In this document: positions 7,707 through 16,278 of the stretch, piece after piece
Numbering within the stretch: the stretch's first letter is position 1
How the letters are laid out: each line of letters begins with the position of its first letter
NCBI RefSeq assembly: GCF_040295985.1
Contig: NZ_JBEOWK010000009.1
Coordinates: forward strand, 61,755-93,754
Length of the DNA: 32,000 bases
Direction of reading: 5' to 3'
DNA from: Streptosporangium sp. NPDC002524
Lineage (GTDB): Bacteria > Actinomycetota > Actinomycetes > Streptosporangiales > Streptosporangiaceae
Program-made: the position numbers and the translations under genes
The notes under the pieces: model-generated
Databases searched by the model: none
Seen by the model: the letters and a program-made list of their open reading frames with translations, nothing else
What the model was told of the DNA's origin: nothing

Positions 7707-10022
7707 GTGAACAGACCCGCAAGCCCTCCCCCGCGAGGCGCCCGCCGCCGTACCGGCGCCGTTCTCGCGGCAGCCGTCCTGGTACTGCTCGCGGTGTGCC
7801 AGTCGCTCGTGGCCGCAGGCCCGGCCTCCGCCGCGACGATCGACACCAACGCCTGGTACGTCCTGGTGAACCGGCACAGCGGCAAGGCCGTCGACGTCCT
7901 CGACCTCGCCACCGGCGACGGCGCCCCCATCGCCCAGTGGTCCCGCAACGACGGCGCCTGGCAGCAGTGGCAGTTCGTCGACTCCGGCAGCGGTTACTAC
8001 CGGCTGCGCTCACGCCACAGCGGCAAGGTCCTCGACATCCTCAACCACTCCACCGCCGACGGCGCCGAGGTCGTCCAGTACGGCGACCTCAACGGCGGCA
8101 ACCAGCAGTTCCGCGTCGTCGACACCGACAACGGCAACGTCAAACTGATCAACCGCACCAGCGGCAAGGCCCTGGAGGTGTGGGAGTGGTCCACCGCCGA
8201 CGGTGCCCGCCTGTCGCAGTACACCGACCTCGGCGGCGCCAACCAGCAGTGGCAGCTCGTGAAGCTCGGCACCACCGAACCGGTCCCCGGGGACGCCAAG
8301 CAGATGGAGGACCTGGACCGCGGCCTGATCAGCGTGCGCTCCGGCAGCGGCAACCTGGTCTCCTGGCGCCTGCTGGGCACCGAGTCCCGCGACACCACGT
8401 TCAACGTCTACCGGGGCGGCACCCGGATCGCCGGCGTCACGAACTCCACCAACTACCTGGACGCGGGCGCCCCGGCCGACGCCTCGTACACGGTGCGCGC
8501 CGTGGTCGGCGGCGGCGAGCAGGCCGACTCGGGGACCTCGCTGCGCTTCGGCAGCGGCTATCTGGACGTGCCGATCAGCCCGCCCAGCGGCAACCACACC
8601 GCCGGTGACGCGAGCACCGGCGACCTGGACGGGGACGGCAGGCTGGACCTGGTGCTCAAGTGGGAGCCCAACGACGCCAAGGACAACTCCCAGTCGGGGA
8701 CCACCGGCCCGGTATACATCGACGGGATCAAACTCGACGGCACCCGGCTGTGGCGGATCAACCTGGGCCGCAACATCCGCGCCGGCGCGCACTACACCCA
8801 GTTCCAGGTGTACGACTACGACGGCGACGGCCGGGCCGAGGTGGCGATGAAGACCGCCGACGGCACGGTCGACGGCCGCGGCACCACCATCGGCAACGCG
8901 AGCGCCAACCACGTCAACTCCTCCGGCTACATCCTGAGCGGTCCCGAGTACCTGACGATGTTCAACGGCCAGACCGGCGCCGCGATGTCGACCGTCGCCT
9001 ACGAGCCGGGGCGCGGCACCGTCTCCTCCTGGGGTGACAACTACGGCAACCGGGTGGACCGGTTCCTGGCAGGCACCGCCTACCTGGACGGTCGGCGGCC
9101 GAGCCTGATCATGGCACGCGGTTACTACACCCGGTCGGTCGTCGTCGCCTGGGACTTCCGCAACGGCTCGCTGACCCGGCGCTGGACGTTCGACTCCAAC
9201 TCCTCGGGCAACAGCGGCTACGCCGGGCAGGGCAACCACCAGCTGTCCGTCGCCGACGTGGACGCCGACGGCAGGCAGGAGATCGTCTACGGCTCGGCCA
9301 CGATCGACGACAACGGCGCCGGCATGTACCGCACCGGGTTCGGGCACGGCGACGCGCTGCACGTGGGCGACCTGATCCCGGGCCGGTCGGGCCTGGAGGT
9401 GTTCACCATCCACGAGTCGGGCAACCAGCCCGCGGCCGACGTGCACGACGCCCGCACCGGGCAGGTCGTCTGGCAGCGTCCGGGCAACGGCGGCGCGGAG
9501 GGACCCGGCCGCGGCGTCGCCGCCGACGTCTACGCCGGCAGCCCGGGGGCGGAGTTCTGGGGCGCGGGGACCAACATGGGCAACCTGTACAACTCCTCCG
9601 GGGCCTCGGTCGGCCGTACCCCCTCCTCGGCCAACTTCCTGGCCTGGTGGGACGGCGACCCGGTCCGCGAGCTGGTGGACGGGACCCGCGTCGACAAGTA
9701 CGGCACCGGCGGGGAGACCCGGCTGCTCACCGCCTCCGGGGTGCACTCCAACAACGGCACCAAGTCCACCCCGTCCCTGTCGGGCGACCTGCTCGGCGAC
9801 TGGCGCGAGGAGGTCGTGTGGCCGACTTCCAACAACACCGCGCTGCGGATCTACAGCACGCCGGCCGTGACCACCACCAAGATCCACACACTGCTGCACG
9901 ACCCGCAGTACCGGGTGGCCCTGGCCTGGCAGAACACCGCCTACAACCAGCCGCCCCACCCGGGCTTCTTCATCGGCGACGGCATGGCCACCCCGCCGCA
10001 GCCGAAGGTCTACCTGCCCTGA
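7707..10022 (+). CDS. secreted rhamnogalacturonan lyase (PL11, YesW/YesX-like) with an N-terminal ricin-type beta-trefoil lectin (CBM13) domain
   Basis: 771 aa with a GTG start. The signal peptide carries an Arg cluster (RGARRRTGAVLAAAVLVLLA..ASAA). Three QxW repeats follow (AQWSRNDGAWQQWQF / VQYGDLNGGNQQFRV / SQYTDLGGANQQWQL). The PL11 beta-propeller blocks are GDLDGDGRLDLVLKWEP, RLWRINLGRNIRAGAHYTQFQVYDYDGDGRAEVAMKTADG, HQLSVADVDADGRQEIVYG and LLGDWREEVVW. Confidence 0.92.
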   Translation: MNRPASPPPRGARRRTGAVLAAAVLVLLAVCQSLVAAGPASAATIDTNAWYVLVNRHSGKAVDVLDLATGDGAPIAQWSRNDGAWQQWQFVDSGSGYYRLRSRHSGKVLDILNHSTADGAEVVQYGDLNGGNQQFRVVDTDNGNVKLINRTSGKALEVWEWSTADGARLSQYTDLGGANQQWQLVKLGTTEPVPGDAKQMEDLDRGLISVRSGSGNLVSWRLLGTESRDTTFNVYRGGTRIAGVTNSTNYLDAGAPADASYTVRAVVGGGEQADSGTSLRFGSGYLDVPISPPSGNHTAGDASTGDLDGDGRLDLVLKWEPNDAKDNSQSGTTGPVYIDGIKLDGTRLWRINLGRNIRAGAHYTQFQVYDYDGDGRAEVAMKTADGTVDGRGTTIGNASANHVNSSGYILSGPEYLTMFNGQTGAAMSTVAYEPGRGTVSSWGDNYGNRVDRFLAGTAYLDGRRPSLIMARGYYTRSVVVAWDFRNGSLTRRWTFDSNSSGNSGYAGQGNHQLSVADVDADGRQEIVYGSATIDDNGAGMYRTGFGHGDALHVGDLIPGRSGLEVFTIHESGNQPAADVHDARTGQVVWQRPGNGGAEGPGRGVAADVYAGSPGAEFWGAGTNMGNLYNSSGASVGRTPSSANFLAWWDGDPVRELVDGTRVDKYGTGGETRLLTASGVHSNNGTKSTPSLSGDLLGDWREEVVWPTSNNTALRIYSTPAVTTTKIHTLLHDPQYRVALAWQNTAYNQPPHPGFFIGDGMATPPQPKVYLP

Positions 10023-10037
10023 GCCCTCGACCCGGCT

Positions 10038-10060
10038 CCCGGCACCCCCTCGGTGCCGGG
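10038..10060 (+). terminator. hairpin downstream of the lyase gene
   Basis: CCCGGCACC (10038-10046), loop CCCTC, then GGTGCCGGG (10052-10060). It lies 16 nt after the stop. Confidence 0.45.
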
Positions 10061-10211
10061 AACCGGGTCCCCGGCCTTCGGCGACCTCACCCCCGGTCCA
10101 CGCGGTGACCCGCCCCCGGCCTTCGCGATGATCCACTCCCGATCTTCGCGGTGACCTGCCCCGGCGTTCACGGTGAGCGGTGATCCACTCCCGGCCAGAA
10201 AGGACAGCCCG

Positions 10212-11663
10212 ATGTCCCCCTCGTACAGGCGCCGTTCGCTGGTGGCCGCCCTGGCCGCGGTGCTCGTCATGATCGGCGGCCTGCTCCCGCCGGGAACGGC
10301 CCACGCCTCCCCCGCCGTCCAGTACACCAACCCCCTGGTCACCCAGCGCGCCGACCCGCACATCTTCCGCCACACCGACGGCTACTACTACCTCACCGCG
10401 ACCGTCCCCGAGTACGACCGCATCGTGCTGCGCCGCGCCACCACGATCCAGGGCCTGGCGAGCGCCCCCGAGACGGTCATCTGGCGCAGGCACACCAGCG
10501 GCGAGATGGGCGCCCACATCTGGGCACCGGAGATCCACTTCATCAACGGCAGGTGGTACGTCTACTTCGCCGCCGGCCGGGCCGACGACGTCTGGCGGAT
10601 CCGCATGTACGTGCTCGAAAGCCCGGCGGCCAATCCCCTGACCGGCGGCTGGACGGAACGCGGCCGGATCACCACCCCCTGGGACACCTTCGCCCTGGAC
10701 GCCACCACCTTCGTCACGAACGGCGTGCGCTACCTGCTCTGGGCCCAGCAGGAGCCGGGGATCGCCACCAACTCCAACCTGTACATCGCCCGGATGGGCG
10801 CCAACCCCTGGACGATCACCGGCGCCACCACCCGCCTGACCGTGCCCACCCTGGCGTGGGAGACCCGCGGCTTCAAGGTCGCCGAGGGCCCGGCCGTGCT
10901 CCAGCGCAACGGGCGGCTCTTCCTCACCTACTCCGCCAGCGCCACCGACGCCAACTACTGCCTCGGCATGCTGACCGCCCCCGCCTCGGCCGACCCGCTG
11001 CGGGCCTCCTCCTGGACCAAGAGCGCGAGCCCCGTCTTCGCGAGCAACGCCTCGACCGGCCAGTACGGCCCCGGCCACAACTCCTTCACCACCTCGGAGG
11101 ACGGGCAGAGCGACATCCTCGTCTACCACGACCGCAATTACCGCGACATCACCGGCGACCCGCTCAACGACCCCAACCGCCGCACCCGCGTCCAGAAGAT
11201 CTACTGGAGGGCGGACGGCACCCCCGACTTCGGCATCCCGGTCCCCGACGGCGCGACCCCCGTACGGCTGATGTCCCACGACACGCCGGGCTTCGCGGTG
11301 CGCCACTGGGAGTACCGGGCCCGCCTGGAGGCGAACGTCTCCCCGCTGGCCGACTCCCAGTTCAAGCTCGTCACCGGCCTGTCCGGCTCGGGCACCGTGT
11401 CGCTGGAGTCCACCAACTTCCCCGGCTACTACCTGCGGCACCGCGACCACGAGGCCTGGGTGGAGAGGAACGACGGCACGAGCCTGTTCAGGGCCGACGC
11501 CGGCTTCATCCGCCGCGCCGGGCTCGCCGGCTCGGGCACGCTGTCGCTGGAATCGGCCAACTTCCCCGGCTACTACCTGCGGCACCGTGCCGGCCAGGTA
11601 TGGGTCGAGCAGAACGACGGCACCGCCACCTTCAGGGGCAACGCCGCCTTCGTCCAGGAATGA
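10212..11663 (+). CDS. secreted GH43 alpha-L-arabinofuranosidase with a C-terminal AbfB/CBM42 arabinose-binding domain
   Basis: A GAAAGGA RBS precedes ATG 10212. The signal has a twin-arginine motif (SYRRRSLVAALAA). The GH43 N-terminus reads YTNPLV..RADPHIFRHTDGYYYLTAT...IWAPEIHFINGRWYVYFAA. The C-terminus has duplicated beta-trefoil segments SLES(T/A)NFPGYYLRHR typical of the AbfB domain. The architecture matches known Streptomyces exo-1,5-alpha-L-arabinofuranosidases. Confidence 0.9.
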   Translation: MSPSYRRRSLVAALAAVLVMIGGLLPPGTAHASPAVQYTNPLVTQRADPHIFRHTDGYYYLTATVPEYDRIVLRRATTIQGLASAPETVIWRRHTSGEMGAHIWAPEIHFINGRWYVYFAAGRADDVWRIRMYVLESPAANPLTGGWTERGRITTPWDTFALDATTFVTNGVRYLLWAQQEPGIATNSNLYIARMGANPWTITGATTRLTVPTLAWETRGFKVAEGPAVLQRNGRLFLTYSASATDANYCLGMLTAPASADPLRASSWTKSASPVFASNASTGQYGPGHNSFTTSEDGQSDILVYHDRNYRDITGDPLNDPNRRTRVQKIYWRADGTPDFGIPVPDGATPVRLMSHDTPGFAVRHWEYRARLEANVSPLADSQFKLVTGLSGSGTVSLESTNFPGYYLRHRDHEAWVERNDGTSLFRADAGFIRRAGLAGSGTLSLESANFPGYYLRHRAGQVWVEQNDGTATFRGNAAFVQE

Positions 11664-11763
11664 GATCCGGCGAGCGGGCGGCGACCCGGGCGCAGCGTTC
11701 CTCGCGGGGTCCGGGCCTCCACGGGTCACGACCCCGCCCACGCCCCGCCCCGCCGAAAACCGG

Positions 11764-11873
11764 GGGCGGCGGAGAAAGGACCGCGCGGGCCGTGGGAGAA
11801 CCCGGTGGATCGCGGGCGGCGGAGAAAGGAGCGCGGGCCGGGGAAAAACCCGGTAGATCGCGGACGGCGGCGG
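11764..11873. repeat. 50-bp tandem repeat, about 2.2 copies, each containing a GGAGAAAGGA Shine-Dalgarno-like motif
   Basis: Copy 1 is GGGCGGCGGAGAAAGGACCGCGCGGGCCGTGGGAGAACCCGGTGGATCGCG (11764-11813). Copy 2 is GGGCGGCGGAGAAAGGAGCGCGGGCCGGGGAAAAACCCGGTAGATCGCG (11814-11861). A partial third copy follows. Confidence 0.65.
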
Positions 11874-11888
11874 ACCTATCCTGGCCGG

Positions 11889-12230
11889 ATGGCCCCGTCG
11901 AACACCTCGTACGTCTGCCTGCCCTGCCGGGCCTCGTACAAGCAGGCGCGCCTCGCCCCCGGTGAGGGCCGCTTCGAGCGGTCCTGCCCGCGCTGCGCCG
12001 GCTCGCTGACCCATGTCGGTTCCGCGTTCGCCGCGCCGCGCAGGCGCGACACGGCGGCCTGGCGGACGCTCTCGCTGCTGCTGCACGCGGGAGTCGGCTT
12101 CCACCAGGGGTGCTGCGGCGGCCCCGGCTGGCGCCCGCGCACGCCCGCCGATGTGCGTGCGCGGATGACGTACGCCCGCAGGACCGGGGAGTCGTACGCC
12201 CGGGCCCTGGTGCTCCGCGACCTGCCCTAG
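11889..12230 (+). CDS. hypothetical Cys-rich protein with a CxxC...CxxC zinc-ribbon-like N-terminus
   Basis: 113 aa from ATG 11889 (MAPSNTSYVCLPCRASYKQ....SCPRCAGSL..GCCGGPGW..). GC3 is very high across the whole ORF. The listed ORF start at 11805 lies inside the tandem repeat and is unlikely. No family was recognised. Confidence 0.55.
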   Translation: MAPSNTSYVCLPCRASYKQARLAPGEGRFERSCPRCAGSLTHVGSAFAAPRRRDTAAWRTLSLLLHAGVGFHQGCCGGPGWRPRTPADVRARMTYARRTGESYARALVLRDLP

Positions 12231-12296
12231 CCGTCCCGCCGCCCGCCGTCGGCCGGGGCAGGCCCGAGGCCGGGGCGGTGACGGACGCGCGTCGCG

Positions 12297-13358
12297 TCAC
12301 GGTCGGGGCGTCGTGGTCCCGCGGAGGCGCCGCGCGGCGAGGGCGAGGATCGCGACGGCGATCAGCGTGTAGACCACGTTGCCGACGCGGGCGACGACCG
12401 GATCGGTCGTGCCGACGATGGGCGTCAGGAAGAAGCTCGACCACGCGTAGGCGACGACTGCCCCCGACGCGGCGGCGAAGACCTGCGGCGGCCCCCACCC
12501 TCGCCGGCGGCCGTACCACCAGAGCGCGGCCACCGCCACGATCTCGGCCGACAGGCAGACGGCGACGCTCACCCAGCCGTGCAGGTGATGAGCGCTCTGC
12601 CGGACGGCGCTCGCCGCCACCAGCGATCCGGCGAAGACGAGCAGGGGCGAGGGGACGAAGCCGGACGGGCGGGAGGCCGTGGCGTTCGGCCGGACGGCGA
12701 AGGCGGCGACGACGAGCGCCACGGCGGTGACCGCGGTCGCGATCATCTGGGGCGCGGAGGGCCGGAACACCGGCACCCCGGGGGTCGTCCCCGCCGCGTA
12801 GAGCGCCCCGGCCCAGTAGAGCGCGACGGTGATCAGGAACACGACGGACGTGACGACCAGGCCGCGAGTACGCAGCCACGGCACCCGTGCCCGGCTCGGG
12901 AACAGGGTCTCGGCGAGCGCGATCGACGTGCAGACGCTCCAGATGACGTGCAGCGACAGCACGTAGACCGTCCATTTCGCCCCCATGCCGAGGAAGGGCA
13001 GGGGTGATTCGTCGAGCAGGCGGTGCCCGGCAAAGTCCGGGTTGAACAGGGACATCGTGGCGAAGCCCTCTTCCAGCACGCCGTAGGCCCCGGCCAGCAA
13101 CGCGATGGTGGGCCAGCCCCGGCCGGTGCGCCGCGCGAGCTCGCGGACGAGCAGTGCCCCGCAGCCGTACAGCGGGACGAAGACCACCACGATGCCCACG
13201 CTGGGCAACGCGACGTCGCCGAGCAGCAACTCCGCCACGAACGGCGCGAGCAGCAGCAGGGAGACGACGGGGGCCCATCGCCGCCACCTCGGCTCCGGCC
13301 GGTCTCCGGCCGGTCCGGGGTGCGGGACGGGATCGGATGGGTGCGTGTTTTTCCACAT
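12297..13358 (-). CDS. polytopic integral membrane protein of unknown function
   Basis: 353 aa with about 8-9 hydrophobic segments and high GC3. It is divergently arranged to the histidine kinase / response regulator pair. No family was recognised. Confidence 0.75.
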   Translation of the reverse strand: MWKNTHPSDPVPHPGPAGDRPEPRWRRWAPVVSLLLLAPFVAELLLGDVALPSVGIVVVFVPLYGCGALLVRELARRTGRGWPTIALLAGAYGVLEEGFATMSLFNPDFAGHRLLDESPLPFLGMGAKWTVYVLSLHVIWSVCTSIALAETLFPSRARVPWLRTRGLVVTSVVFLITVALYWAGALYAAGTTPGVPVFRPSAPQMIATAVTAVALVVAAFAVRPNATASRPSGFVPSPLLVFAGSLVAASAVRQSAHHLHGWVSVAVCLSAEIVAVAALWWYGRRRGWGPPQVFAAASGAVVAYAWSSFFLTPIVGTTDPVVARVGNVVYTLIAVAILALAARRLRGTTTPRP

Positions 13359-13616
13359 GCCGATCTCCTTGTGTGGAGTGGTTTACGGCGGTGAGGACGG
13401 CGGTTCGACCTGCGCGCGACCGCGACCGGACGCCACTGGCATCGGCACGCTGACCTGCCGAATTGCCGTACGGACAATGACCAATCTATCGGCTGAAAGC
13501 CCTGCGACCCCGGCAACCGAGTTGCGTTGTACGACGCCGATGTTGTCTGTTCGGCGGCCCGCTTCCGGCCGCCGCCACGAGGTGACGGCGTCTCCTGACG
13601 GGGAAGGTGGGCGGTC

Positions 13617-15119
13617 ATGACGTCACGATCGGCGCCCGCCCGCGACCGGGACCCCGGGCGGGCGGGGTACGCCGCGATGTTCGCCGTCGTCGCGGCCTAC
13701 GCGTGCCTGCAGGTGCTGCTCCACGCCGGGGGGCAACGGACCTCGGGAGCGCTGGGACCGGCGGCCGAACTGGTGTTCAACCTCGCCGTCGACGGGCTCC
13801 TGCTGCTCATGCCGGGCCGCCCGCGGACGGCCGGCGTTCTCGTCGTCCTCGGCGCGGTGGTCGCGCAGGTCGCAGCTGTGGCCGCGCCGGGGCTGCTGAC
13901 CTCCACCGACACGCTCTTCGCGGGCCCGGTGCCGCTGGCGACGCCCGTCGCGGTGTGGATCCTGGCCTACCTGCGGCCCACGCCCACGGCGTTCGCCTGC
14001 GTCGGCGCGCTGGCGCTGCTGAACGCCCAGCCGTGGGCGCCGACCTGGACCGGCCTCTACGTCGCCGCGGTCTACACCGTGCTGCCCGCCGTGATCGCGA
14101 TGTACCTGCGGGCGCGGGCGCGGCTGCTGCACTCGCTGCGCGAGCGGGTCGAGATCGCCGAACGTGAGAGGCATCTGCTCAACGAGAGGGCCATCGCGGC
14201 CGAACGCCAGCACCTGGCCGCCGAGATGCACGACGTCGTCACCCACCACGTCACCGAGATCGTCCTGAGCGCCGGGGCCCTGCGGACGTCCACCGAGGAC
14301 GAGGCCGTCAGGGCCGCGGCACGGCGGATCGGGGACCTCGGCTCCCGGACCATGGTCGAGCTGCGGGACCTCATCGGCGTCATGCGGAGCGGCGAGCGGG
14401 CCACACCGGAACGGGGGACGTACGACCGGGACGGCCACCGGACGGCACCGCGGGGCACGGACGACCGCGGCGGCGACCTGGCCGAGCTGACCGTCGCCAC
14501 CGGGGCGTCGCTGCGCGTCGGCGGCGATCCCGGCACGGCGTCCCCTGTGATCTCCCGTGCCGCGTACCGGGTGGTGCAGGAGGCGCTGACCAACGTCCGC
14601 AAACACGCCCCGGGAGCCCGTACGACCGTCGACCTGCGCTACCGCCCCGAGGCGGTGAGCATCGAGATCCTCAACACCGCGCCCACCGAGTCCGCCGACC
14701 CGTCGCTGGTCGCGAGCGGGTCGCGGGCGGGGCTGGCCGGTCTGCGACGCCGGGTGTCCCTGCTCGGCGGCACCCTGCGGAACGGGCCCACCGAACAGGG
14801 CGGATACCTGGTCACGGCGAGCCTCCCGGCCTCGGTCCCAGCCGACGACCACCAGGAGCGACCGGTGCTCGTTCCGGTCGGAAACCACCAAGAGCAACCG
14901 GTGCCCGTCCCGACCGAGGACCACCGTGAACAGCCGATGCCCGTTCCGGCCGAAGACCCTCAAGAACGACCGGCACCCCTCCCGGCCGAAGACCACCGTG
15001 AACAACCGGCACCCGTCCCGGCCGAAGACCACCAAGAACGACCGGCGCCCGTCCCGGCCGAGGACCACCATGAGCGAGCTGTTCCCCCGGCCCCGCTTCC
15101 GCCGCGAGCCCCCGCGTGA
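13617..15119 (+). CDS. sensor histidine kinase (NarL/DesK class, HisKA_3 type) with a tandem-repeat C-terminal tail
   Basis: The N-terminus is multi-helix and membrane-embedded with no obvious extracytoplasmic domain. The H-box is LAAEMHDVVTHHV. The HATPase region reads QEALTNVRKHAPG...GSRAGLAGLRRRVSLLGGTL. A VPAEDHQERPAP x7 tail follows. An alternative start at 13676 is possible. Confidence 0.9.
   Translation: MTSRSAPARDRDPGRAGYAAMFAVVAAYACLQVLLHAGGQRTSGALGPAAELVFNLAVDGLLLLMPGRPRTAGVLVVLGAVVAQVAAVAAPGLLTSTDTLFAGPVPLATPVAVWILAYLRPTPTAFACVGALALLNAQPWAPTWTGLYVAAVYTVLPAVIAMYLRARARLLHSLRERVEIAERERHLLNERAIAAERQHLAAEMHDVVTHHVTEIVLSAGALRTSTEDEAVRAAARRIGDLGSRTMVELRDLIGVMRSGERATPERGTYDRDGHRTAPRGTDDRGGDLAELTVATGASLRVGGDPGTASPVISRAAYRVVQEALTNVRKHAPGARTTVDLRYRPEAVSIEILNTAPTESADPSLVASGSRAGLAGLRRRVSLLGGTLRNGPTEQGGYLVTASLPASVPADDHQERPVLVPVGNHQEQPVPVPTEDHREQPMPVPAEDPQERPAPLPAEDHREQPAPVPAEDHQERPAPVPAEDHHERAVPPAPLPPRAPA
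14835..15086 (+). repeat. 36-bp in-frame tandem repeat x7 encoding (V/L)PAEDH(Q/R)E(R/Q)PAP
   Basis: The units are VPADDHQERPVL / VPVGNHQEQPVP / VPTEDHREQPMP / VPAEDPQERPAP / LPAEDHREQPAP / VPAEDHQERPAP / VPAEDHHERAVP. The frame was checked against the kinase start ((14835-13617) is divisible by 3). Confidence 0.9.
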
Positions 15120-15201
15120 GCGACGGGCCCGGCCGGGCCCGGCCCGCCGCCCCCCCGTCGCGTCCGGTGTGGGGACCGGCGCGGATGGATACGCTTGGGA
15201 C

Positions 15202-15951
15202 ATGACCACCCCCCGGTCGGCCGAGCCGCCGGACGACGCCGGTCAGGCCGGTGCCGACGGCCCGTCACCGGCGATCAGGGTCCTGCTCGTCGACGACGAC
15301 CCGATGGTCCTCGGCCACCTGCGGACCATCCTGGGCTCGACAGCGGAGATCGACATCGTCGGCGTGGCGCACGACGGCGCCGAGGCCGTCGAAGAGGTGC
15401 TGCGCAACCGCCCCGACGTAGTGCTGATGGACATCAGGATGCCCGGTGTCGACGGGGTCACCGCCACCAGGGAGATCGGCCGGCTGCCCACTCCGCCCGC
15501 CGTCGTGGCGCTGACCACCTTCGACTCGGACGCCCATGTGCTGGGCGCGCTGGAGGCGGGCGCGATCGGCTTCCTGGCGAAGACGACGCCCCCCGAGGAC
15601 CTGCTCGGCCTGATCAAGGTGGCCGCGAGCGGGCACAGCGTGCTGTCGCCCGGCGCCGCGCGACGCCTGCTGGATCGCTCGGCCCGCGCGGCGGACGACC
15701 GGGACGCCGCGCGAAGCAGGATCACCGTGCTGAACGACCGGGAGCGCCACCTGCTGGGCCTGGTCGGGCGGGGCCTGACGAACCGGGAGATCGCCGCGGA
15801 CCGCTTCCTGTCCGAGACGACGGTCAAGAGCTACGTCTCCAGGTTGCTCGCCAAGCTCGACCTGGCCAACCGGGCCAACGCGGTGCTGCTCGCGCACGAG
15901 GCCGGTTTGGTGGACGACCCCGGCACGGAGGACGACCCGTCTCCCGGATGA
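15202..15951 (+). CDS. NarL/LuxR-family response regulator
   Basis: The receiver domain reads IRVLLVDDDPMV..VVLMDIRMPGVDG. The C-terminal LuxR HTH reads LNDRERHLLGLVGRGLTNREIAADRFLSETTVKSYVSRLLAKL. ATG 15202 (MTTPRSAEPP..) is preferred. The longer ORF from 14926 reads the kinase repeats in another frame. Confidence 0.92.
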   Translation: MTTPRSAEPPDDAGQAGADGPSPAIRVLLVDDDPMVLGHLRTILGSTAEIDIVGVAHDGAEAVEEVLRNRPDVVLMDIRMPGVDGVTATREIGRLPTPPAVVALTTFDSDAHVLGALEAGAIGFLAKTTPPEDLLGLIKVAASGHSVLSPGAARRLLDRSARAADDRDAARSRITVLNDRERHLLGLVGRGLTNREIAADRFLSETTVKSYVSRLLAKLDLANRANAVLLAHEAGLVDDPGTEDDPSPG

Positions 15952-16135
15952 CGTACCCTCCCCCGGCGTGGAGGGACGTTCCTGGTGGACGACCCCGGCA
16001 CGGAGGACGGCCCGCCTCCCGGATGACGTCTCCCTCCCTGTGTGGAGGGACGTTCCTGGTGGACGACCCCGGCACGGAGGACGGCCCGTCCCCTGAATGA
16101 CTCCCCCTCCCGGATGGCGCTCCTCCCCCGGTGCG
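15908..16135. repeat. tandem repeat of about 75 bp x3 spanning the response-regulator stop codon, each unit with an internal hairpin
   Basis: Units start at 15908, 15983 and 16057 (TGGTGGACGACCCCGGCACGGAGGACG..CCCGGATGACGT.CCCTCC....GGAGGGACGTTCC). Copy 1 encodes the last 14 codons plus the TGA of the regulator. Each unit carries the inverted repeat ACGT(n)CCCTCC / GGAGGGACGT. The third copy is more diverged. Confidence 0.8.
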
Positions 16136-16278
16136 GAGGAACGGTCCCGGCTCCCCGGTCATCGGTACGCGCCTCGGGACGACCCGCTGTCGCGCGTACC
16201 GGCTGCCGATATGGTGACAACGTCAAGACGCGGGACGCGTCACAGCCGGTCTTCGTGTTCCGAGGAGCCTGTCCCGGT

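Noticed and set aside
8010-12104. 1364-aa minus-strand ORF spanning the lyase, the GH43 gene and the intergenic regions.
   Set aside because: It crosses two well-supported plus-strand genes and their intergenic hairpin. Its composition is dominated by G/A/R/V/P, and no domain is recognisable. It is an antisense artefact.
13440-13500. Operator palindrome around CCGTACGG in the divergent promoter region between the membrane protein and the kinase.
   Set aside because: Only the 8-bp core is palindromic and the flanks (ATTGC / GACAAT) are offset by one base. An 8-bp GC-rich palindrome is not significant on its own.
14926-15201. N-terminal extension of the response-regulator ORF (MNSRCPFRPKTLKNDRHPSRPKTT...).
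   Set aside because: It is the histidine-kinase 36-bp repeat read in a different frame. The receiver-domain homology and a sensible ATG begin at 15202.
15908-16135. CRISPR-array interpretation of the regularly spaced repeats (also considered for 31001-31197 and 14835-15086).
   Set aside because: The units are contiguous whole-unit tandem duplications with no unique spacers between conserved repeats. There are only 3-7 copies, no cas genes are present, and two of the arrays are in-frame coding sequence.
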